The notes under the pieces are model-generated. The model had not been told where the DNA came from and made no database searches. It worked only from the letters and a program-made list of their open reading frames with translations. DNA of 64,000 nt. Source: Bigelowiella natans CCMP2755 (lineage: Eukaryota; Protista; Cercozoa). The translations under genes were made by a program, and so were the position numbers. The stretch lies in the NCBI GenBank assembly GCA_000320545.1, contig ADNK01000487.1, positions 1 through 64,000 on the forward strand, in the 5' to 3' direction. This document shows, one piece after another, positions 23,426 to 35,971 of this stretch. Position 1 is the first letter of the stretch, and each line of letters opens with the position of its first letter.

Positions 23426-24191
23426 ATGGCAAATCGCATCAAGACCCTGCTCAAATCCAACAAGGTACCCGCAGAGTCTGGGGTTGGATTGTCCTTTTTT
23501 CGCCCGTGTTTGATTTGCGCGCCGCCCAGACGGTTGATGTCATTTGCGCTTCTTCTTCTTCGTCTTCTTTCGCTTACTTGCAGGTGGCCAAGGTGTTTAA
23601 CTGTGGCCAATTCTTATCGCATAAGATGGTTGAGATCCTAGGTCTTCACGGAGGCTATGACGGCGTCTTCATCGACCAGGTGTGTCGTTGAATGACCAAT
23701 GGCTACAACTTCTTCTGAGGGAAGCCGTGTACTATTTACGGAGAAGCGAGAGAGTGTCACATTCATCCTTATTCACTTCTGCATTTCAGGAACATATACC
23801 TTCCATCCTCCAGCGGGATATCGAAATTGCTGCGGTCGCAGCAAAGAGCTGGTATATATTAAACTCCATCCTTAAAAACTTGATCGTTGCTGCGTTTTCA
23901 CGTTTTGCGAGCACTGCTTAGCGGAATGGATACCTTCGTTCGGCGGCCTGCAATCGACTACGCCTCCGCGATGGCTCCCCTCGAGGCTGGGGCAGGAGGG
24001 GTGTTGTTCAGCATGATAAGGTAGGTATCATTACTAGCAGCTATCACTACAACCCATTTTTCCTTCGTTCCCCAGAGACGCCTCCCATGCTCAAGAGGCG
24101 ATGGAATGGGTTAAGTTCGCACCGGTACGTATCACGCTCTTTTCCAATAAGAGAACAACACCGAAAAGAGAAAGAGAAAGAGAGAGAGAGG

Positions 24192-24234
<43 letters not shown>

Positions 24235-25041
24235 TGATCGTGCATTATTTGACTAATGATGCTGAGTAGTCGAGCGATATAGCACCACTACTGTTAGCAG
24301 CAGTATTGACTTGAGAAGCAACATTTATTGGCGCAGAGGGGCAAACGAGGCCTTCTGGGAGCCAACCGAGATGGAAATTATTTTTTGAAACCGACAAAGC
24401 AGTACATCAAGGTGCCCTAGCTGCATAGGAATGGTTGAGAAATAGTTGCAATTGATGATATAGATCACACAGCAGTAGCGATAGTGCTTGAGTTGTACTA
24501 GTAATTTTTCCAGCAAAGTGTGGTGATTGTTGAGATCTCCTTCGTCGTGCAGGAAGCAAACGAGTCAACGCTTATCGGAATGCAAATCGAAACCGAGGGG
24601 GTACAGATTGTCTACATATTTTATTTTCCCATCCCTCCCGTGCATTGTGAGCGATAATCCCCATCGAGATGCTCAGAGTGTAGCTTGACTTGTGTGCATC
24701 GTTCCCCTCTTGAAGGCACTGGATGATATCGAGAGGATTGCGGGGATAGAGGTGTTTTTATTTTTGATAAAGAACGATTCTTTCCTATAAAGTCTCACCG
24801 TTGCGAAGCCGCCACTACTCCTAACACCAATGCCGCTGCCGCTTTCCCGCAATCGATCACGCATGCATTAAATCATCACTTAGGACTTGGATTTCGTGCT
24901 TTTTGGTCCTGCTGATATGTCTCAAGTACTCGGAGTTACGGGAGAGGTCTGCACATTCTATCTTGTAGTAGTAGAAGTAGTAGTAGTAGTAGTAGCAGTA
25001 GTACCAGACTCAATCTTGAATTGAGTGGAGTACCCTCATCA

Positions 25042-25076
<35 letters not shown>

Positions 25077-25192
25077 GTAGCTTACTGAATATCGCTACCT
25101 ACATCCAGGTAAATCATGAAAAGGTTTGGGAAGCCATCAGTAGCGTCTCCAAAGCTTGTGCAGAAGCTGGCATGGCCTGGGGAACGGTGAAC

Positions 25193-25235
<43 letters not shown>

Positions 25236-25500
25236 TTATGTGCATATATTATATTTAAAAAAGTATAAATACACATATGTATTGATATATTTATATATAT
25301 TCTATTCTATTCTTGTCGGTGCTTCCAACCAGGTACCTCCCAACGACGAGTACGCCAGCAGAGCTGCAGACTTGGGCTGCCAGCTTTTCCTAGCCGGGCA
25401 TGATTTCGCTGCCATTCATCGCGGAATAATTGAAACGAAGAACAGTTATCCGTCTCTGTTCGGAGAAAAATCGGAGCTAAAGCGGGAAGGTGCATATTGA
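23426..25500 (+). CDS. HpcH/HpaI-family (class II pyruvate) aldolase
   Basis: Spliced: MANRIKTLLKSNK / VAKVFNCGQFLSHKMVEILGLHGGYDGVFIDQ / EH..., LEAGAGGVLFSM, FAP/RGKRG, MQIET, IERIAGIEG, DFVLFGPADMSQVLG, ending ...KREGAY*. These match the family motifs D-x-E-H, QIET and FxGPxDL. Confidence 0.85.
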
Positions 25501-25655
25501 TATCATCGCTCGAGCGCATTATCATGGCAGCATACGATTATATGTATAGGCTGTATGATGAGCAAGTTCTATGAATATCTGGTATATTTATTCGCTTCTA
25601 AGCAAAAAGTAACAGTGCTTCGGTTATGTGATCGTTTAATATGCGATGGTTGGGC

Positions 25656-25696
<41 letters not shown>

Positions 25697-25799
25697 ACTT
25701 GCTCTCTATTTGAGAGTTATCTGCTATGTGTTGAATGTTTGAATCGTGCCGTGGTGACTACTAAACTAGGGTGGCGATCCAAATTGCTTGCTACTTTGC

Positions 25800-26650
25800 T
25801 TTACTACACTATCTACACATGCTAGCATGCTAGCATGATTGGCATGTCCAGACATATTAGCTAGCATAGGTTCGGCGCGCACTTTTGCTAAAATATTTTT
25901 GCCTGTACGTTTAAACACGCGGCAATATACAATATCTACACACAAATACTAGCGAACCAGCTGCAACTGGTAGAGCAAGTTCGATCCCAAACTGGATGCC
26001 TAGGTCGCTCGTGCTAGCAGCGTGTCCGCTAGCTAGCTAGACTGCATGGAATGTGCATGACTGTGCAATGTGCTTCAGATGTGCTGATTTAAATCGCTAT
26101 CCTAGCTCTCGATGCCTTTCTAGCTTTGCATTCTTGTGAACCTTCATCTAGCTATGTCTTTTGCGGATGCGATCATGGCGAAACTAGCATGCTTGCGGCG
26201 AGTTCTGGAGTTAGCAGCCAGCCACAAACCTCTAGACCTGCTAGCCTGGCTAGCTGGCTAGCTGGAAACAATGGATGCATTTTGCGTGCGCATGCTAGCA
26301 TGCTAGCATGTAGTCTAGTAGTGCTAGCTAGCTAGATTGGGCACTACTTGCTAGCTAGCTAGATCTAGAGAGCATGGAGGTCGCTGCTAGGATGCTCGAT
26401 CAGATTATCTGAGCTTTGACGCAAGTGTTTTCCGTGGTTTACTTCCTAGACCTTTCATTGCAACTGACACCTCTGAACGATACGATAGCTAGATAGTAGA
26501 GACAGCGTGTACTGTCATTACATAGCATGCATTGCTCGACGTTGCATGCTAGCATGGACTGCGAAAGCGCAGGTTTGGAGGTGTGTGCTGCGTGGGCGAT
26601 TTGGTCACTAGTCTACATGCTTTATGCGATGCATGGCGCACATTGTATCT
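25800..26650. repeat. CTAG-rich, partly TpA-depleted intergenic island between convergent 3' ends
   Basis: 25981-26400 has ~24 CTAG versus ~7 other TpA (manual count). Confidence 0.8.
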
Positions 26651-26767
26651 TCCTCCGTAGCAGGCATGGTGCGTATTCTACGCAAACACGATGATCACAG
26701 TCTATTTATTGTTTATGATAATCAATAATTGATGTTTTATCACAACCACTACTACCACACTATTGAA

Positions 26768-26903
26768 CTACATGCTTGTGGAAGCAATAACATCTTCACA
26801 GTAAATTATTCCGTTCATATGCTTAAGGCAGGACCATTGCTTTCCCGTTTTCAGCAATTTCTTTAATATATCCTCCTGAGTATTATATATAAATAAATAT
26901 ATA

Positions 26904-26940
<37 letters not shown>

Positions 26941-27103
26941 GATAAAAGCATTGTCCGTTGATGTACACAAAAATTAGAAGAAACGGTGTTGCTGGTGACG
27001 ATGATGATTGTATACCCCATCTTCTTCCTCGTCTTCTTTGGATTGCATTTTCCTCAAATGCTTATATATCTGGGGGAGGAGGGTGAAAGAGAGACAGACA
27101 GAC

Positions 27104-27141
<38 letters not shown>

Positions 27142-28733
27142 GGTATAAGAAACGGAGTACCGTCTAGGGAAACTGTCTGATTGTGGCATTATTCGGCACC
27201 TTGTCATACAGCTCTTCTCCTAGTATCTTGGAGCAGAACTTTTTGACCTGTACAAAGATTGAATGCTCAGCGGATGTGGTTGTGGCGAGAAGTCGTGTTG
27301 TTGACAACGCACAAGGCCCAGAAAAGCGTGTTTCTTTTTTTTAAAGATATTCCACGTAAAAGAAATGGATTTAGAAGCAGTAGTCCTTGATCATCTTACT
27401 ACTCTCTGCAGACACTAAGCAAGCTAGCGACAGATGATCAGAAAATGTACCACCTTTGCTATGTTGGCTTCCAATCTTTCTCGTGCTTTTGTGCGTTGCT
27501 CTGAACCCGAGTTCTCACCGCCATTCTACCATGCGTGCACGAGGTCATCATCATCGTCATCATCATGATCGTCATCATCATCGTTCACCATCATGGTCAC
27601 AATGATGATGATGAGTGATATGGATGTTGATCTGTGTGCATGCGTGGACGTTACGCACCTTGGATTCCTTCGTGGTTTTCGTGGTAGCAGCAGCAGCCGT
27701 GAGAGAGGAAGTAACACTGTCGCTGCTGGCGCTAGCCACAGTAGTGGTGCAGGCGACCGTCGTCGTCGCTGATGCCGCTGAGTCGCCTCGGGGATGGGAG
27801 CTATCTTCGACAGTGGTAGCAGCGTTGGAGTGGTTATTTCCTCTATGAATATCACCATCGCCACCAGCACCAGCACCAGCACCAGCACCAGCAGTGGACT
27901 TTGTAGAAGCTGCTGGAACTGCTGCTACGCCGCCGCCCGCACTAGCCGTAGGATTCAAAGGTTTGCCCGGGAGAGCTCCTGACGACATCGTTGCCTCCAA
28001 TGGATCCTGACGTGTTATCAAACGTTGTTATGCGGTCAGCCACCCCTTGATTTAGAGAATCATCATTCATCATCATGATCGTCGTCGCCGTCGTCATCGT
28101 CATCATCATCATCGTGTGTATGCTCGATGATTCACCACCTCAGCTATGGACGCTCCTGCTTTCTGGGAAGGGGCCAACACCAACTCAAATTGAGGCTGCT
28201 GTAGAAGCAAAAGGGAGGAGGAAATTTTATCATCATCAGCTCGCCCCAGAATGCGTTTGAAGACGGATGTTGTTGTGCTGCTGTTGTTGCTGTTGTTGTT
28301 GCAATGATTACCTTTTTCTTTCGCTGGCCATACATGGCCCTGCACCTCTTCATGTACGCACGCATCCTCTTGCTAGAACCTCCACTGCGACGAGACACAA
28401 CACCATAAACCACATGATGATGATGATGTTAAGATTACTCAAATCAAATGGCCGCTTTTGAGATATCACCGAGCGAGCGAGTGAGCAAGACGAGGGGGCG
28501 GAAAAACAACATATTATCGTAAATTCACTGCATGAAGGGAGAGTAGCTGCTAAACTCACGGTTTGGATGATGATGATCCCTTGCCCTCTCCTCTCTTGAC
28601 CCTGCTGCCGTCGTCATCGCCACTCCCCTTGTGCTTGCTCTTGTCATGGCGACCTGTAGGTTGAACAGCGGTAGGAGGAGGATGTGGTCAGGAGAACATC
28701 GTATTTCAGAACACGATCACCACCATATGAGTG

Positions 28734-28775
<42 letters not shown>

Positions 28776-29291
28776 TGTGTGTGTGTGTGTGTGTGTGTGT
28801 ATGTTAATATGCGCGCGCGTGCGTGTGTGTGAGAGCGAGGGAGAGAAAGATATCACCGTTGGTACTGCTACTGTTTACGGCATTGAGGTCGTTTTCGTCA
28901 AAGTTTGGTTGTCGGAACGTGGTGCGCTTTAAGTAGTTACAAACACATGGAGATTATCCTCTATCTATCAAGATTGATGATGATGATTTCCATACGACGT
29001 TCCTGTTATTTCGTTCATCATATTGGCAACAATCAATTACCGGCTGTTCTCGATTGTCATGGTTGATCACCATAATCTCCTAAGAAGGTTTTGCGCGCAC
29101 ACCGAAACACACACACATTCAGGCCATAATCCTCGTTGGGGCGAACCATCAATAGAGCAAGAACAATGCTCTTCCCCAAATCTACTACTTTCAAACATCG
29201 AGGAGGTGGTAAATGAAGCGTCGTGCGTCGAAGGGGCAACAACCACTCGGAAAACTAACTACTATCCTCCATGAGCGTGTTTCATGAGAAC

Positions 29292-29332
<41 letters not shown>

Positions 29333-32300
29333 AATAAAAAAACATCTCGGAATCGTAGTAGATGCAAGTTCATATCCGTACGGAAGGGGGCAACGATGGG
29401 AATAGTAGCAGCAGCATTAGGGGCAGGGATAAGGAGGAAAAGAGGATGATAAAAACCAGCACCGGGTGAGGTTGTTTCGCTCTCCTGAAAGCAGGCGACG
29501 GAATCACGCCTATCGAAAACAATGAGCTATTAGCATGAGGATGCTGTCGTCCGACGACGAGGAACGTGATCGTTCTCACTACTATTCTTTCCTCTTATCT
29601 ATCTGCTTCTCTTAATGGTAGTAGTAGCAAGTCTTCAGGGCAGCACGATGAGGTTGCTCACCATGGAGACGAGAACGCGCTTCTTTGATTCCTAATTGTC
29701 CATAGCAAATATTAAAATGGTCGGGGGTTGGTTTCATGAGCCTTTCGAGAGGATTTTGCGTAGAGGAGAACATTCATCGTCAAGGATGCGATCACTCAAA
29801 CTGAATACCCGATTTGAATCGTGCAAGGCGCTGCCGCTCCTCCTCCCTCTTCTGCCGCTTTAGCTCCTGAAAGAATAAGTGAAAAGCGACGTCAGCTACG
29901 TGGCAGAAGGAAACGAAAGCAATGTCTTTTGTCAGAAGACAACCTGTTGTTCCTCGAGCCACAGCCGCTTTCGACGTTTTTCCTCCTGATGAGCGTGAAT
30001 AAGGAAGGCAAAGCCATCAACGTTAGATGATCTGGAGCAGGAGGAGGAGGAGGAGGAAGCTCTCAGCAAATCTTAGCAGGTGGAGCGCTATGTGTTCATG
30101 CGTGTCGTCGTTCTTTCTGCACCTCAGAGAGAGATGTCTTCACTTTCGATGATACTCTTCGGAGCTGCTCCTTTTCCTTGCGAACCCGCGATGGTGACAC
30201 CGCGCGCTCTATTGCCCCTTTTTTGGTGGCAGAGTAGCTCGTAGCAGGGGGGCGGTGGTGAGGATTAGGAGTGCGGTTTACCATGCCTACAACAAGATTA
30301 CACAATTCCTTATTCACGAATTTTATGGCGGCCACTGAAAGAAGAAAGGGGAGGGGGGATATGTACTCTTGACTCGCCTCACTCCTGGGGTTTGAGCCAT
30401 CCGTGACGACACGCCGCTGCTTGTGTTTTGACTGCTGTGAGAAGAAGAACCACCACCGTATGTTGGAGAGGAGGACAGAGAACTGCCTTTGCTGCTTTTG
30501 ATTCGGGCTGCTCCCCGATGTCCTCCTGCAGTGCTTTGCGGCTGCTCCTTTTGACGCTGATTAGAACATTTATAACCACGAATTAATCAACGACGAAGAC
30601 AACGAGGAGGAGGAGGAGGAAGAGGATAACATAAGGGCAGATATGGTTCCAAACGAGAATTATTGTAATAGTTTGGCAGCATCGTAGTGATGGAACTAAG
30701 GCGGCTGGCTGGCTGCTACTACTATTCTGGGAATCCTGGTCGGTTTTCGCAGGCCCCCTCCTGCACCCCCACCGCTTCCTGCCTTTAGGAAGTGTCTCCT
30801 TGCGTGCACCGATGGCGGGGGAGTTACTGATCGAGCAATAGAGCGTGGCGTAGATAGTCGAGTAAGCCTTGATATAGAACCCCGTTTGGAACCGTTTCGT
30901 GGGGTACGGCTGCCATTGCTACTACTGCTACTCTTCTTACGATGACTCGGGGTAGGAACTGACATCACACCCGAGCTCGTGGTAGGTCGCCTCCTCACTC
31001 TTGCGGGTCTTCGTTTAGATGCATTCGCCTTGTTCTTTTGGATAAAGTTCATATGCGAGCTGCGGCGCCTTCGATGAGAGGGTGAGGAGAGAGAAGATTG
31101 GGGTGTATGCGGTCGGGATGATCCTGGCGAATAGTAGCGTGGGCTATCAATCTCAAGCACATCCCCGTCATGATGATGACCCCCCCCCCCCTTGCCGCCT
31201 CGGGATCTAAGAGATCGAGAGGTCGCAGGAGACGACGGTGCCCGAGAGCGTTGTGGTGGGAGCGGGCTGGAGTGCATTCGGTTCGGCGAAAGAGAGGAGG
31301 AGTAGGGGGCGGGCTCTTTCTTTGGCCTCACTCGAGAAGGTGGAGATATGTCGTAATGCTCCGATGCTAGTTCCAGCTCAACTATAAGATCGTGTCGTCG
31401 TGCATAATATGCGGTAGATGGACTATTAGCTGTCGAAGCAGTATCATCGAGTGGCGAGGCGGCTGCGGCGTCCAGAGGGGTAGAAGACCAGTCCGTTTTG
31501 GAGTCGGGAACGGGTGGGGGTGGATCGAAAGGGGCGGAACCGTCATGCACGGTATTCGAACTCAACGCATCACTGAACTCGCTCTTACGAATCGATTGTT
31601 GTTGGCGAAATTTGTTGAATATGGCAGTTTATTTTTTTTGAAAATAATATCCCAAATCCAAGGATCAAAATCATGGAAGACCATCGTAGGTGGACCATAA
31701 GACCATAAGTAACCAGAATAAACATATAGTATCATCAAGACTTACTGTGGATTTGAGCGAGTTCGCTTTTCTATCTTTGGCTGCTGTGCCTTTACTCTGT
31801 TGAGAAGTCGGAGAGGAGGCAAGACTCTGATGATGTGAGAGGCGGGTATCATTATTTCGTGTCCAAATCGAGAATTATAACAATTTTGACCTCATCTTCA
31901 TCAAACGAAAACCCCATTGCTACAAACGCTTCTTGGCATGCATCCAGAGCTGTGTTATCGCATGAAATAAATATATGATATAAGCACATCTATCCTTCGT
32001 TTAAAAATGCCGACCAACATGAACTAAATTACCCAATATTTGCTCAATTGGTGGCCTTAACTTAGGATCTTGACGTAACATAGATTCGCTTTGGTAGGTC
32101 AAACATGTACAATCGGGGAATCACGTCGATATTGTGCAGAAACGAAAACTATCCTTAAACTCACATGATTCGTGCTAGCTTCTTGGAATAGATGTCCGGT
32201 ATTGGAGGATATTTTCCTCTTAGGATTTTAAGAACCTATATTTTTATCCGAAGGCTTAGTGAAAACACCAAAAATGAAGTACGGAAGGCTGTTCGCTACC

Positions 32301-33658
32301 AAATTGGGAAGATTCTTTCCGGTAAAAGCTCTTCTCAAAGTCACAATTTCGTACAAGATGCAGCCGAGGCTCCAAATGTCGGACCCCTTAGAGTAAGGCC
32401 GACCCTCGCAAATCTCAGGTGAAAGATAGTAAGGAGTACCTGTTTTTACATGTATATCAAACTACGACGACACCAGAAACTGTATGAGTTGCCTCACCAA
32501 TCACTGTTTGCGCAAGTTCTGTGTCGCTCGTGAGAACCTGGTAAGTTGATCTCTGATTTAAACCATATCTTTGAGAATAAGGGATAATGGGGAAATTGCC
32601 TTTGATATGCCGAAATCTCCTATCTTTGCATCCTCCCCACTTCCAGTGAGAAATATGTTCTGAGACTTAAGGTCTCTGTGAAGGATGTTGTGACCTACGT
32701 AAAATTAGAGAGCGCGTCATCACATCAATTGAAACTAAATTTCAATCGTGGAAAAATAATCGCACTATGAATAGCTTCCAATCCGAGTGCCATCTGGACG
32801 AACCATTTCATAACTTTTTCCTCCTTGAAGAATTTCCCATTCTGGTATTGGAAAGAGTTCGTGAGTATTTTCACGAAATCATAGAATGGGAACAAGTTGA
32901 CAACCTTCTTCGCCAGTGCTATCCGTTGGGCTAGGTCCCCGCCTACGAGGGCCCAAAATCCATATTTCATAATCTTCGAAATGTGAGATTTTGAGAGGAA
33001 CGTTACCATCACAATATTCCATCACAATGTAGAGGTTATTATTGTGCAAGAACGATTCGATATAGCGAACCACATAGTGGTGGTAGTCAAGAGTGGATAG
33101 CACTTCCGCCTTCAAAAGATAATAACTTAGATAGAGAATTTTGTCTCAAAAGAGAAAAACATAATTTACCTCCTTTTCCGCACTCTCCCTCTCCTCTTTC
33201 TTTAGAGAAGACAGGTTGATCTCCTATAAGAGTGATAGCATTGCCGCTGAGATCGTTCCCATCAATGAGAAACTACAGGTATACCACCTTTACGACAACT
33301 TGACAACCATCCTTTGCACGACATAAATTTACGATACCAAAGCTTCCCTGGCCTATACGTCGTACGAGCTCGTATTGGCTTTGAAAATACATTTCGATCA
33401 GTTCGTGAAAGTCAAAGTTGCATTTTTGAAGATTGCACAGCACTTCAAATTGCCTTCAATGTCCATTTTATTATTAAAATATTTAAAAAACACACATACC
33501 GATATATACACGTACACACACACACACACATTAAATAGTTAACCTCGCTTTTTTGCTCTCTTCCATCAGCTCCTGTTGCTAATCCTTAGGTTCACTATAC
33601 GCAACGCAAGCTTCCCTCGAGCTGTTACGATCGATACCTTATCAATAACTGCGTCCAT
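26768..33658 (-). CDS. NIMA-related kinase (NEK1-like): N-terminal kinase domain, long Ser/Pro/Arg-rich linker, C-terminal helical domain
   Basis: Kinase exons at ~32000-33380: [76 protein letters not shown]-terminal exons [10 protein letters not shown] / [17 protein letters not shown] / [15 protein letters not shown] resemble NEK1-type tails. A single transcript across 27-31 kb is inferred. Confidence 0.75.
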
Positions 33659-34666
33659 TTATATTCGTAAAAGTGCTACCTCTGCAGAAAACTCAACAGG
33701 CACGAAGAGGGGCAACTCGATTCCAGGAGGTGGTCTGAACGTGTTTATTTAGTCGTGTTTCGATATTCTCGATTCAAAAATGCTCTGAATGTACGTTGAC
33801 GGCAGAATCTAGGCCTTGCCGCAGATTTAGAATGGCATTTATTACAAGTACTACGACACAGAAACAGGACCAGCGACAGTGAATTGGAATTCGAGGCACA
33901 AGCGCTCCAGGGACACAGCGGTTAGTTAGAGATGCAGCTTATGATGCAAAAAATGGGAGCATTTCTCCGGTATTTAATGAAGTTTTTGAAATTAATCGTA
34001 ACTGTCCGAAAACCCGGGTTGAAATGAGCATTTTGTTCTAATTCACAACTCCAAATAATCAATAGCCTGGATCGATGCCACGTGGAAAGGCATCTGACAT
34101 GGTACAACGACATATGGGGTATGAGATTTGATTTGAAAATTCTATTCAGTAATTGTATATCTTTGAGGCTAATTTGTGGATACTCAAAACTTAAAATTAC
34201 TAACTTCAATATTAGCTTTTTTTCGGCCGCTACAGGGAAAAAAAACGTGCCCATAAAAATATGAAAATTATTAACGTATATATTCTATAATCTAGGAACT
34301 AGTCATAAATGTTTATTGACTAATGAGAAGAGTTATTGTCACAATCCGTCATACGAACAAACTGTGTTGTCGCAACAATAAGTCATGCTGTATCCCATCA
34401 ATATGTATTTAAATTATACATCTTTCAAAATCTAAAATCAAGATGCAAGTTATTTATATCATGCGTCATAGATGTATGTATGTCGCAGGTCATAATTTCA
34501 TAAAACCTGGGAACAAAACTCGCCCGAAGACCGAAGACCCAAGGACCACGCCACCGAACGCTGACGGCAGGTACAGGATGAAACATACTTCGCATAGCTC
34601 TGGAATTCTTCTTCGTCTCCAAGAAAAATAATAATTCCCACTATATGTATTCCTCTCCCAGATCCC

Positions 34667-35880
34667 ATGGAAGAGCAGAAGTGTTCCGTGGATTCGACTA
34701 TTCTCACGAATATGGACGAAACACTCGAGCAAGAAAGTGATATCCTTGCGAAATTCCCTCAAGGATTGGAAGAAGTGAAACAAAAAATTTCGTCAATTGT
34801 GCAGCAAAGATGCAGGGCGATTACCGTGGCAGTAGCAGCAGATAATAAGGACTTGAGAGAAGAGTATGAACTAAAGATTCAGTCCCTTCAGAAAAACCTA
34901 GACGAGATTATGTCTCAAAATGAAATCATTATGAAGGGCAGAGAAGAATCAGACAAAGAACTCCAGGTATGCACTTTCCGTTTTAATTTTTGGTACATTA
35001 ATTATTCAATTTTACTAAAGGCACTTAAAACTGCGAATACCTCTCTCAACAACAAGATCTCTGAGCAGAACAACTTAGCTTCACAATTTGAGATTAATAA
35101 GAAAGAATACGAGGAAAAGATCAAGGCTCTACAACTGAACCTGCAAGATTTTGGAGGAAGCGAAGAGACATTGAAGTTGAAAGAGAAGGAAATCAAGGTT
35201 GGTTTATCAATTTTAAAAAAGTACACCTTGGTATTATTGTCACTTGATTAATAATCAGGAGCTTTTGGAATCAAAGGACGTCCTTGCTAAAGAACTTCGT
35301 GAAGCTAAACTAACCATACACTCTTCGACGGAAGCTATTGAGAAAAGATACCAGGAAAAGATAATCAGACTTACAGAAGAAGGATCGAATAAGGATCAAG
35401 AAATATCCAGGCTATTAGAAAGCGAGAAGAAAAAGCAGGTTCGATTGCTAGATTGGCGTTTTTGTCGTTCTCACATCTAAAATAAAATAATCCAGCTACT
35501 CTGGTAATAATATCTTTATCCTGTCATCCAATTTACAGGAGCTTTTAAGTGAGAACCAGGCACTAACTGAAGAGCTGAAAGAAACGAAACAAGCTCTTAG
35601 TTCCTCAAATGAAGCTGTGGAAGAAAAGGAGAGGACACTTAAGGAGCAAATTGACAAGCTTGTGAAAGAAACGGGAGAAAAAGATCAAGAAATACTACGC
35701 CTCAAGGAAGTGGAGATGAAACAAAAGCAAGATATTGAACAACTGAGACAAGAGCTAACATCTTCAGATGAAAAAGTGTGAATCTAAACTTACATGAATA
35801 AATAATATTTGAATTAGAAACTTCCCTTCGTCTGATTACGTGTTTATACTAACATATATTATGGATACACACAAACACAA

Positions 35881-35917
<37 letters not shown>

Positions 35918-35919
35918 AT

Positions 35920-35971
<52 letters not shown>

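Noticed and set aside
33830-34120. Chromo-like N-terminal exon for the coiled-coil gene
   Set aside because: The resemblance is weak and no convincing start or splice path was found.
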